Part shown: one piece after another, positions 1-8,583 of the stretch
Layout: each line of letters begins with the position of its first letter
Position numbering within the stretch: position 1 is the first letter of the stretch
Source of the DNA: a virus
Virus record (IMG/VR): IMGVR_UViG_3300045918_000470
Location: 13,798 to 77,797 of that record
DNA: 64,000 nt
Strand: one strand, 5' to 3'
Notes under the pieces: model-generated
What the model was told of the DNA's origin: nothing
Seen by the model: only the letters and a program-made list of their open reading frames with translations
Databases searched by the model: none
Program-made: the position numbers and the translations under genes

Positions 1-29
1 TTAAAATTGTCATCTTGACCTCATGTATT

Positions 30-52
30 TTTAAGGTTAATTATGATATAAT
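30..52 (+). promoter_or_regulatory. Host sigma70-type early promoter (TTTAAG-N11-TATAAT with TG extended -10)
   Basis: tttaaggttaattatgatataat; the motif recurs more than 12 times upstream of non-structural genes and RNA arrays. Confidence 0.75.
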
Positions 53-93
53 GATATATTCATAAATATTTCAATTATTTATAAAGGATTAGA

Positions 94-420
94 ATGAATT
101 TTGATAAAATATCAAAGATACCTTCCAACATTGCAAGCCCAAAGAATATCATTGACATTAAAAAATCAGGTAAAAAGATTATCATAAAATATGAGCAAGA
201 TATGTTGTTCAGTGATAATGATGTTCAGTTAAAAGAGGATAGGGTAATAACAATATTTTATCCTAAAAAAATTAGAGGGTTTGAGGTACAAGTCGATGAA
301 GATGATAATATCTTCGTAGCAGTAATATATAAACCGCCATTTACATTTTTTGGTTGGTCATTCACGAAAGCAGAACATGAAAATAACACTAACACAACAT
401 CAGCAAAAAGTATTCAATGA
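94..420 (+). CDS. Hypothetical protein
   Basis: 108 aa ORF with AAGGA RBS, downstream of an early promoter. Confidence 0.6.
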   Translation: MNFDKISKIPSNIASPKNIIDIKKSGKKIIIKYEQDMLFSDNDVQLKEDRVITIFYPKKIRGFEVQVDEDDNIFVAVIYKPPFTFFGWSFTKAEHENNTNTTSAKSIQ

Positions 421-1699
421 CATTACAGATGGTATCGATGAGTCATTAAAATTAGGTCAGAAATTTATCGGTTCTTTATCAGGTCCTGCAGGAACTGGAA
501 AGACTGTAATGACGGCAGAAATCATCAGATATTTACTAGAGAATTATTCACATAAACATTTAAGAATTGCAACACCTACCCATAAATCACTTCGAGTTGC
601 AAACGATTATATTGGTAAAACATTAAAGAAACATAAAAATTTCTCATCAAGCACAATCCACTCATATCTTAAATTGAAGATGGAAAAGGTTGAGGATAGA
701 ATCGTCTTTATTGAGGATTTTGGTAATGCAAAAGCTGATCCAACAAAAAATCTTGTCATTGATGAAAGCTCAATGGTATCGGAGTCTTTATTTAATCATA
801 TCAAGGCAAAAGCATTAATTGTTGGTCTTGATGTAATTTTATATGTTGGGGATAAAGTTCAACTTCTTCCTGTTGATGGAAAAACAAATCCAGTATTCTG
901 TGACATTAACCAATATGAACTTACTGAGGTTGTCCGTCAAGCAGAAGATAGTCCAGTACTTATGAAAGCAACTGAGATTAGGAAATGTATTGAGACTCAA
1001 AATTATGATATGAATGTATTACGGTTCGATGAGTTTACAACAACATCAGATGGTGTTATTGTGTTTGATGATGTAAAGGATTGGTTAGGTGATTATTTAT
1101 CAGATAAGACTGATAAAGTACTGTCAGCCTTCACTAACTCATCTGTAAACTCATATAACGAATTTATCAGAAAGATGGTAAACAACAGTACTGCACTTCC
1201 CATGTTGATCGATGGGGAGCAAGTTGTTCTTCAAGAGGCATTTGAGAATGATGGACAGTTTGTTCAAAATGGCGATACATTAACGGTATATTCCCCAGTA
1301 CTTGAACATCACCCAGTATTGAAGATAAATTATTGGACGTTTACACCAAAGGATGAAGATAGTAAAGAGATCTTCATCCGAGTTGTTGATACAGATTCCA
1401 TAGCAAAGTATAATACTTTGCTTGAGCGAATTGCAAACAAAGCTAAGACCCTTAAGTCAAATAAACAATACAAAGAAGCAAAGGAAATGTGGGAAAAATA
1501 TTGGGATGTAAAGAACATGTTCGTAGACATCAAATACAATTTTGCTCATACTGTACATAAACTTCAAGGTAGCACATACGATTCTGTTTATCTCAATCTA
1601 AAAGAAACAATCGCAAATACATCAGATAAAGACACATTATTTAGGTTAGTATATGTTGCATTAACTCGAGCAAGAAGTAAAGTGGCAATTTTCCGATAA
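377..1699 (+). CDS. dda: Dda-like SF1B DNA helicase
   Basis: Motifs GPAGTGKT, VIDESSMV, GDKVQL, LTEVVRQ, TVHKLQGSTY, YVALTRA; likely start is ATG 377 (MKITLTQHQ). Confidence 0.92.
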   Translation: MKITLTQHQQKVFNDITDGIDESLKLGQKFIGSLSGPAGTGKTVMTAEIIRYLLENYSHKHLRIATPTHKSLRVANDYIGKTLKKHKNFSSSTIHSYLKLKMEKVEDRIVFIEDFGNAKADPTKNLVIDESSMVSESLFNHIKAKALIVGLDVILYVGDKVQLLPVDGKTNPVFCDINQYELTEVVRQAEDSPVLMKATEIRKCIETQNYDMNVLRFDEFTTTSDGVIVFDDVKDWLGDYLSDKTDKVLSAFTNSSVNSYNEFIRKMVNNSTALPMLIDGEQVVLQEAFENDGQFVQNGDTLTVYSPVLEHHPVLKINYWTFTPKDEDSKEIFIRVVDTDSIAKYNTLLERIANKAKTLKSNKQYKEAKEMWEKYWDVKNMFVDIKYNFAHTVHKLQGSTYDSVYLNLKETIANTSDKDTLFRLVYVALTRARSKVAIFR

Positions 1700-1741
1700 T
1701 AAAATATCCTACATAAATAAAATAAAATGTAGGATAACAAT

Positions 1742-2230
1742 ATGTCTAAATTTCTCTTTTCTAAATATTTAAAAACATTAAATAACAAAGAAAATTTTAT
1801 AAAACTAACAGATAATATGTTAGAAACTATTATCGATCCTTCAATAAAATACTCTAAGCGATTAAAAAATCGTGACCTCTTCTACATTGATTACAACATG
1901 GATTCCATTGCAGGCCCAGGTATCATCTTCAAAAACATAACCGAAAACACTATTGTAAACCGTAAGTCAGGAATGATCTTTATCCCTATTAATCTTTTCA
2001 AGGTTACTCAGATAAAAGGAAATGAGGAAATTAAATCACTTCGAACCATGGACGAATCTTCTATCATATTTGAGTCATCATCATATATTATTGTTAACGC
2101 ATCAAGAGTTATTGCATACGCAAACCAAAGTAGGTTTAACACAATACGTTCTTTAGATGAATTAAAAACGTATAACGATCTAATTACATTACTTGAAGTA
2201 TATAAAAAATATTCTATGTATAAACAATAA
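1742..2230 (+). CDS. Hypothetical protein (late-promoter driven)
   Basis: 162 aa ORF, AGGA RBS, CATAAATA upstream. Confidence 0.6.
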   Translation: MSKFLFSKYLKTLNNKENFIKLTDNMLETIIDPSIKYSKRLKNRDLFYIDYNMDSIAGPGIIFKNITENTIVNRKSGMIFIPINLFKVTQIKGNEEIKSLRTMDESSIIFESSSYIIVNASRVIAYANQSRFNTIRSLDELKTYNDLITLLEVYKKYSMYKQ

Positions 2231-2250
2231 ATAAACGAAAGAGGTGTATT

Positions 2251-2385
2251 ATGAACGAAGAAACCGCAGCGGGCGATATTGCTGGTGTCGAAATGCCTTT
2301 AGGTGTTAAAAATAAATACACCAAGATAATTAGACGTATAAAAAAGATTAAAAAGAAAAAGGATGTTGAAGATGAACAAATTTAG
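2251..2385 (+). CDS. Small 44 aa protein MNEETAAGDIAGVEMPLGVKNKYTKIIRRIKKIKKKKDVEDEQI, resembling the mature capsid N-terminus
   Basis: Not in the ORF track; GAGGT RBS at 2241; similar to the gp23 segment EGTAAADIAGFTKILMPL. Confidence 0.65.
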   Translation: MNEETAAGDIAGVEMPLGVKNKYTKIIRRIKKIKKKKDVEDEQI

Positions 2386-2743
2386 TTCAATGATAACAGA
2401 GTCATTAGATGACCTTTTTAGTGTCATCACTGATACAATTAATACATATCAGGAATTGAAAAGTACAAAATTTATCCTTTCAAAACCTGAACAAGATTAC
2501 TATGAATTGTTCTACACAGTACCAAGTACATTTGATGATCTCGTTGCAACCCTTGATATTGATATTAAGGAATGGGATACCGATGTTGGTGCATCTGATG
2601 AATATGTTGAAGTGTTTGGAAAAGATGACTCAAAAGCAGAGAAAGATTTGCTTATTAAGTTACGTGATAATGCAGCAGAATTGATAGTGTATAGACAATT
2701 AATATTGTTAACAGCGCTTGAAGATTTAATGAAAATACAATAA
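2372..2743 (+). CDS. Hypothetical protein, possible internal head protein
   Basis: N-terminus MNKFSSMITE resembles T4 capsid-targeting sequences. Confidence 0.55.
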   Translation: MNKFSSMITESLDDLFSVITDTINTYQELKSTKFILSKPEQDYYELFYTVPSTFDDLVATLDIDIKEWDTDVGASDEYVEVFGKDDSKAEKDLLIKLRDNAAELIVYRQLILLTALEDLMKIQ

Positions 2744-2753
2744 GGAATAAAAC

Positions 2754-4310
2754 ATGGCATTGATTTTAAGAAGAGATAAAGGGGCAGTATTAACTCATAA
2801 CGAGGTTGATGATAACTTTGTTTATGTTGATACTACAGCAGTAAAATTAACTACAAACCAAACCATTGCAGGTGTCAAAACATTTTCAAGCACAATCGTT
2901 GGGTCTGTATCAGGCAATGCAGGTACAGTAACAAATGGTGTTTATATTGTTGGAAACCAATCTATTGATGGTACAAAAACATTCACATCTACAGTTGTTG
3001 CAAATATCTCAGGAAATTCTGAGGCTGTAACAAATGGTGTTTACACAATCGGTAATCAAACTATCGGTGGTACAAAAACTTTCTCAAGCACTGTTGTTGG
3101 TTCTATCACAGGAAATTCTGAGACCGTAACAAACGGTGTTTACTTACTTGGTAATCAAACAATTGCAGGTGTTAAAACATTCAGTTCAACAATTGTAGGT
3201 TCTGTTTCAGGAAATTGTGGAACTGTAACAAACGGTGTTTACACAATCGGAGATCAAGTAATTGCAGGTATTAAGACGTTTTCAAGCACTATTATTGGTT
3301 CTATCACAGGAAATTCTGAGACCGTAACAAACGGTGTTTATAATGTTGGAGATCAAACAATTGCAGGTGTTAAAACATTCAGTTCAACAATTGTAGGTTC
3401 AATCAATGGTAACTCTGCAACTGTAACAAACGGTGTTTATAATGTTGGAGATCAGACAATTGCAGGAAACAAGTCATTCTCGGCAACAATTATTGGTTCA
3501 ATCAATGGAAATGCAGCAACGGTAACTGGTGGGGTTTATACATCAGGAAATCAAACAATTGCCGGTGTTAAAACATTTAGCTCAACAATTGCAGGTGATA
3601 TTACCGGTAATGCTAATACTGTTACAAATGGGTTGTATTCTAATGGTTTATATACTGATCCTACATGGTTAACATTATCAAAAACAAAAGTTGGTTTGGG
3701 TAATGCTGATAACACTGCAGATACATCTAAGAATGTTCTTTCAGCAACGAAACTAACAACAGCACGTACAATCAATGGAATTAGTTTTGACGGTACATCA
3801 AATATCAACATTGAAAGTAGATTAGGAACGGCAGTTGCTTCTGCGGGTACAACTACAATCGGTACTGCTGGTATCGGTGAAGTAATGCATATCACTGGAA
3901 CAACTAACATTACATCATTCGGTGTCTCAACAACCGGAACAATGAGAACAATCATATTTGATGGGGCAGTTACGGTAACATATAATGTAACATCATTGAT
4001 CATTCCAGGAGCATCAGATATTGTGACAACTGCGGGTGACATTATGGTTCTTGTGTGTGAAAATGGCGCATCAGGATATTGGAGAGTTGCAAACTATCTT
4101 CCTGCATCAGGAAACGTAACATCTGGTACAACACAAACAATCTCGGGTGCTAAGACATTTACTAGCGATGTTATACAAACTCCTTCAGCGGTGGCGACAC
4201 CTGCGGTAAATGGTCAGATGATGTTTGAACATACAAGTGACACAACATTAACTGTTAAGGTTAAAGGTTCAGATGGCGTTGTAAGATCAGTTGCATTAAC
4301 ATTAGCGTAA
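2754..4310 (+). CDS. Fibre/virion decoration protein with about 8 tandem 33 aa repeats
   Basis: Repeat NGVYxxGxQTIAGVKTFSSTIVGSIxGNxxTVT; fibre motif ATKLTTARTINGISFDGTSNI; N-terminal LRRDKGAVLTHNEVDDNF anchor. Confidence 0.8.
   Translation: MALILRRDKGAVLTHNEVDDNFVYVDTTAVKLTTNQTIAGVKTFSSTIVGSVSGNAGTVTNGVYIVGNQSIDGTKTFTSTVVANISGNSEAVTNGVYTIGNQTIGGTKTFSSTVVGSITGNSETVTNGVYLLGNQTIAGVKTFSSTIVGSVSGNCGTVTNGVYTIGDQVIAGIKTFSSTIIGSITGNSETVTNGVYNVGDQTIAGVKTFSSTIVGSINGNSATVTNGVYNVGDQTIAGNKSFSATIIGSINGNAATVTGGVYTSGNQTIAGVKTFSSTIAGDITGNANTVTNGLYSNGLYTDPTWLTLSKTKVGLGNADNTADTSKNVLSATKLTTARTINGISFDGTSNINIESRLGTAVASAGTTTIGTAGIGEVMHITGTTNITSFGVSTTGTMRTIIFDGAVTVTYNVTSLIIPGASDIVTTAGDIMVLVCENGASGYWRVANYLPASGNVTSGTTQTISGAKTFTSDVIQTPSAVATPAVNGQMMFEHTSDTTLTVKVKGSDGVVRSVALTLA
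2850..3640 (+). repeat. About 99 bp imperfect tandem repeat (about 8 copies) within the fibre gene
   Basis: Recurrent aacaaacggtgttta...aattgcaggtgttaaaacattcagttcaacaattg blocks. Confidence 0.85.
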
Positions 4311-4397
4311 TGTATTCGAAGGACTAGTTGTAGTCCTTCATAATATATTAAGTTTAATATGATACAATTATCGTATCAAAGGAAAGAAGGAATAAAA

Positions 4398-4633
4398 ATG
4401 AAAACAGTTAAAGTAACAGCAGTTGATACATTTAAAGTATCTAATAAAGTTGAGTTGGTAGATACACCTGAAGGTACCATCTAAAGTTAGAAGATGGTAG
4501 TTTAGTAATTCCTGCAATTATCTATATGAAATTTGATGGTGTTGATACATGGAAAGAATTGGACGATGATGAACTGGTTGGTATTCGTGATACCGTGACC
4601 TTAGATTGGAATTTTAAAATGACGGAAAGTTAA
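4398..4633 (+). pseudogene. Frameshifted small gene
   Basis: MKTVKVTAVDTFKVSNKVELVDTPEGTI* continues in another frame as LKLEDGSLVIPAIIYMKFDG...MTES*; has its own early promoter and RBS. Confidence 0.5.
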
Positions 4634-4775
4634 TAGGAAAAGAAGCAAAAGATAAATTGCTTGTAGGATGCTTATTTATCTCAGGAGCGGCATTTGGTTT
4701 TGCCGCTAATGGGATTACAGGAATGAGTATAGGGATTGGTATCGTATCAGGATTTATTACTTTTATTATTGTTGC

Positions 4776-5306
4776 TTAATTCGATTTATCACGAAGCATT
4801 TTTAGAATATCTGCAGTACTTGATATAATATTTGTCTGATTGTTGTTAACAACACCTGGACCTTCTTCCTTACCAATATGCATGATTTCTTTTTGGACGT
4901 GTATAATATCTTTGTAGATAGCACTAAGAAGTTTTAATGATTGATTTACTGCATTTGTTAATTCAGCGAATGACGTAATCATACTTGATTTACGTTCTGA
5001 ATCCGATATAATTAATTCATCAGAAAGTGATTGTAGAATTAATCTACCGCTCTTAACAGTACTTAACAAGGTTTCACGAATTGTGTGAAAGTCCTCTTTA
5101 AGCAAACTTAGTTTAATTACACTCTCAACAACCTCAGTATCTAATTCAATAGGATTAGATTCGAACTTTTTCTCCGCAGGCAAAATCTCAGAAACATAAT
5201 CATTCATGTTGTCAACAGAACTTTCTGTAATATCAAACGCTGATGTAATCTTGTCCAATTTCTTAGCAAGTTGCTCACCCCTTTTAATATTTTCTTCTAA
5301 ACTCAT
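4776..5306 (-). CDS. gp16: Terminase small subunit (gp16-like)
   Basis: Directly downstream of gp15 as in T4; helical core and C-terminal VNNNQTNIISSTADILKML like gp16. Confidence 0.65.
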   Translation of the reverse strand: MSLEENIKRGEQLAKKLDKITSAFDITESSVDNMNDYVSEILPAEKKFESNPIELDTEVVESVIKLSLLKEDFHTIRETLLSTVKSGRLILQSLSDELIISDSERKSSMITSFAELTNAVNQSLKLLSAIYKDIIHVQKEIMHIGKEEGPGVVNNNQTNIISSTADILKMLRDKSN

Positions 5307-5980
5307 AATTCGCCTTTAGGTGTTATTTTCGAAAGATCATCATAAAGATTTGTAATAACGTGATTAACGATTTTACCGTCTTTGATAGGTGGATAAAGAT
5401 TTGCGTCTATAGATAGACTTAGTGTTGCATTACAGAAACGAATATCATCATCCATACTTAAATCCATGTCAAGATCCCATGATACGTCATTAAGACGTAA
5501 GGGTACTGATCTGTATTCTTCTTGGAAATCCATATCTTTAATCTTTATTGAATACGTAGGATTAAACATAGGTACAATCTGCTCAACTAACATGGTGAGT
5601 TCTGTAAAGGAGTCAGTAAGAATAGAAACTGTGAAATCAAAATTCCAAGACACAGAATTATATGTGTACGTCAGTGTCTTGCCATCAGCATTAAACTTCA
5701 TTACTTTATTTAACTTGTTGGTTTCTTTCTCAGCGGCTTTAGACATTCCATCAAAACTTAAAGATAATCTTGGAAGGACGTTATATTTTTGTTCTCGATA
5801 TTTTGCGAAATCATCAGACGTCAATTCAAATGCTTTTTGTTTTGATGCGAACGTGATAGGAATTGTAACATCCCTACCTACTGTGCCATCATCATTAAAT
5901 CTAACTACATGCATATCATTAAACGTATCCAATATAGCAGATGTGTACCTACGAATGGTATAATGATGAAAAAATTGCAT
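5303..5980 (-). CDS. gp15: Tail sheath stabilizer / tail terminator
   Basis: FFHHYTIRRY...FNDMHVVR, IPITFASKQK, LPRLS, EQIVPMFNP, LYPP motifs. Confidence 0.9.
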   Translation of the reverse strand: MQFFHHYTIRRYTSAILDTFNDMHVVRFNDDGTVGRDVTIPITFASKQKAFELTSDDFAKYREQKYNVLPRLSLSFDGMSKAAEKETNKLNKVMKFNADGKTLTYTYNSVSWNFDFTVSILTDSFTELTMLVEQIVPMFNPTYSIKIKDMDFQEEYRSVPLRLNDVSWDLDMDLSMDDDIRFCNATLSLSIDANLYPPIKDGKIVNHVITNLYDDLSKITPKGEL

Positions 5981-5989
5981 TGGTTATCC

Positions 5990-6484
5990 TTAGAATGATA
6001 ACCAGTGGCTGTATGTAAACGTTACAGTAAATTCTGTAATTGTATCTGCAGTATCAGAACCATATTCAACTGAACTTACAACTGTTGGGTATGCATTGTA
6101 CAATGTATATGTTTTAGTTACTTGATCATATGAATCTAATTGTGATACGTGAAGATCTTTCATGTAATCGAGGTTACTTGCAACGGATTTTACTTCTGTA
6201 GCATAACTATCGATACGGTCGATCTCATCAATAAACACTTGACGGAAATCCATCTCAGCAGTATTATAGAATGTAACATCCCAAGTACCAGCATACTGTG
6301 CTTCACCAGCTACTGTCATTTTACGGCCTTTGTGCCAAACTTCAATTGTTCCCAATGTAACGTCAGGTAGTGATGTTGCTTTTGCAAGAACGTCCATATC
6401 TGAACCACCGTATGGCAATTGTACTCTAAATTTATTTGCACGAGCACCAAGTCCTAAGGTACTTTTAAGTGTTTCTAAACTCAT
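5990..6484 (-). CDS. gp19: Tail tube protein
   Basis: GARANKFRV, LPDVTLGTIEV, GRKMTVAGE, WDVTF, YPTVVSSVEY, FTVTFTYSHW. Confidence 0.9.
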   Translation of the reverse strand: MSLETLKSTLGLGARANKFRVQLPYGGSDMDVLAKATSLPDVTLGTIEVWHKGRKMTVAGEAQYAGTWDVTFYNTAEMDFRQVFIDEIDRIDSYATEVKSVASNLDYMKDLHVSQLDSYDQVTKTYTLYNAYPTVVSSVEYGSDTADTITEFTVTFTYSHWLSF

Positions 6485-6542
6485 ACTTTCTCCTTAAATG
6501 ATAAATATCATGATTATTTATTTTATTTATCAGGAGCGAAAA

Positions 6543-7166
6543 ATGAAAAAATCTTTAGGACATCCTCCTAAACCGAAAAAATATGTGAAGCCAACTTTAG
6601 GACATCCTCCTAAACCCGATCTAAAACATCGGCTACCAGGTGCCGATGGATTACCAGTCCATAATCAGCATGGAGATACAAGTAAAGATTTTCAATTATT
6701 AAAACATGGATATGACAGTCCTACAAAATTTGAAGTAGAGATACAGGCACCATCTGGTGGGTTATTCATTACCCGCACTGAGATGATTCAAGCTTTGAAA
6801 ACTATTAATATTCCTCAGTTTAATGATGAAAGTATCGAGACATTTTTTAATAATCAATGGGTTTTTGCACGTGGACGCTCATCAATATTTCAGATTCAAC
6901 TTACATTAAAAAATATTAACTCAATGGATCTATACCAAAAATGTCTTAATATGATGAATGATAATATTGGAAAATACCCTGCTGATCAATATTTTACTAT
7001 AAAGGTAACATATACGGGTACATATGAAAACGATACTCATAAAACAATCACATTTCATAAATGTATGATGTCTAATTTATCGGATCTATCATTCGATCAT
7101 AGTGCAGCAAATTCAACAATGGACTTCTCTGTAGGGTTTAAATCTAACAGTATGATAATGTCATAA
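6543..7166 (+). CDS. Tail tube-like protein (gp19/gp54 family)
   Basis: PTKFEVEI...NIPQFN...SDLSFDHS...FSVGF pattern of tube-fold proteins; start ATG 6543 after AGGAG. Confidence 0.5.
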   Translation: MKKSLGHPPKPKKYVKPTLGHPPKPDLKHRLPGADGLPVHNQHGDTSKDFQLLKHGYDSPTKFEVEIQAPSGGLFITRTEMIQALKTINIPQFNDESIETFFNNQWVFARGRSSIFQIQLTLKNINSMDLYQKCLNMMNDNIGKYPADQYFTIKVTYTGTYENDTHKTITFHKCMMSNLSDLSFDHSAANSTMDFSVGFKSNSMIMS

Positions 7167-7193
7167 ATAAAATAATACACACAAAGGAATACT

Positions 7194-7868
7194 ATGCTAC
7201 CTAAAGCAGAAACACGTTACTACGACTATGAGATCAATGCAAAATCAATTGAATTCAGAGCATGGAAAACAAAGGACGAGAAAGAATTTCTCGTTATGCA
7301 AGCATCTAAAGATGAGATGACCGATCAAGATATTTTTGAGATTCTTGTTAAACCATGTTTAAAAGATCCTACAGTATCACTGACTGAAGGTGAGAAACAA
7401 CTTGTTATGCTTGAAATCAGAAAACGATCATTTGGTGAATCTGTTGACGTACAATACATGTGTGGTGCATGTAAAAAATACAACGAGACAAAATTAAACA
7501 TCAATAAAATTGTATCATACAAACCATTTAAACTTGAAGCAGTTTCAAAAGATGGTATAGTTGTTAATTTCAAAGATACAATCAATATCAATCTTCTAAA
7601 AGGTTTCGAAGGTTCAACACTGAATTATCAAAGATTTTTATTGCACGTTGCATCACTAACAATTGATAATCAAGTTTACAAAGATTTCAGTATCGAAGAA
7701 TTAGGTGAATATTTTGATAATCTTGAAGCAGAGACATTTGATTATTTCTTCGCTGAACTACAAGAACAGATGGAACAGGTAACATATGGTTCAACTGTAA
7801 AATGTATGTTCTGTAATGCAGAACAAGATATCGGATTAGGCGACCTCCCAAATTTGTTTCCATGGTAA
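7194..7868 (+). CDS. gp26: Baseplate hub subunit / assembly chaperone
   Basis: MLPK...IEFRAWKTKDEKEFL, LEIRKRSFGE, two CxxC pairs. Confidence 0.85.
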   Translation: MLPKAETRYYDYEINAKSIEFRAWKTKDEKEFLVMQASKDEMTDQDIFEILVKPCLKDPTVSLTEGEKQLVMLEIRKRSFGESVDVQYMCGACKKYNETKLNINKIVSYKPFKLEAVSKDGIVVNFKDTININLLKGFEGSTLNYQRFLLHVASLTIDNQVYKDFSIEELGEYFDNLEAETFDYFFAELQEQMEQVTYGSTVKCMFCNAEQDIGLGDLPNLFPW

Positions 7869-8023
7869 TTACGAGTACCTCGCTCGAAAATCTTTATAAT
7901 TATTATAATGTAATGAAATTTTACGGAAATTATAGTACGTTTGAGATTGACGATATGTATCCATTCGAGCGAGAGATTTATCATGGATTACTGTTCGAAA
8001 CTCGTAAAAAGAATATGGAATAA
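7862..8023 (+). CDS. gp51: gp51-like baseplate hub assembly catalyst (53 aa)
   Basis: Not in the ORF track; SLENLYNYYNVMKFYGNYSTFEIDDMYPFEREIY matches the gp51-like EIxxMxPxERxIY motif. Confidence 0.75.
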   Translation: MVITSTSLENLYNYYNVMKFYGNYSTFEIDDMYPFEREIYHGLLFETRKKNME

Positions 8024-8044
8024 ATAATAAAAAAGGATTGATAT

Positions 8045-8317
8045 ATGGCAACTTTTGAAGGCACAGTAGTTTTACATGGGGAAGATATTAAAAAAGATTT
8101 CATTGTTTTAAAAGGTGATTCTGCATATCTTAAAATAATATTGACATTAATAGACCCTGCTTATGTGTTGATGCCTAAAATCACTAATGATGCATTTCTT
8201 AAAAAAATTATGTCAGGAAATAACCTAAAGATTATTAAAATTGCATTATCAAAAGCATCAATCCCTAAAGAAGTTCTTGTACAAATCCTTACATTTGCAG
8301 ATATAAAAAAATTATAG
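8045..8317 (+). CDS. Hypothetical protein
   Basis: 90 aa ORF with RBS. Confidence 0.6.
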   Translation: MATFEGTVVLHGEDIKKDFIVLKGDSAYLKIILTLIDPAYVLMPKITNDAFLKKIMSGNNLKIIKIALSKASIPKEVLVQILTFADIKKL

Positions 8318-8325
8318 GAGATTAT

Positions 8326-8565
8326 ATGAAAGTAAAAGTAAACGGAAAGTTAAAAACGATAACTATAACTCCTCAAACAAACGATGAGAAGGATATGATG
8401 AAATTAATTGTAGCCTTTGCGGACAAAGATGCAGTAATATTCCCAACATTTTCAAAAGGTGCATTGACATCATTCGCATCATTTTTTGTTAATAAGATTG
8501 TTATTGATATGACACATAAAACAATCACTAAAGAATTTATTCAAACATTATTAAGACTATCATAA
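8326..8565 (+). CDS. Hypothetical protein
   Basis: 79 aa ORF with AGGAG RBS. Confidence 0.6.
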   Translation: MKVKVNGKLKTITITPQTNDEKDMMKLIVAFADKDAVIFPTFSKGALTSFASFFVNKIVIDMTHKTITKEFIQTLLRLS

Positions 8566-8583
8566 GGTAAAGGAGTTCATTCA

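Noticed and set aside
2850-3640. 99 bp repeats as a non-coding array
   Set aside because: They are in-frame 33 aa protein repeats with synonymous variation.
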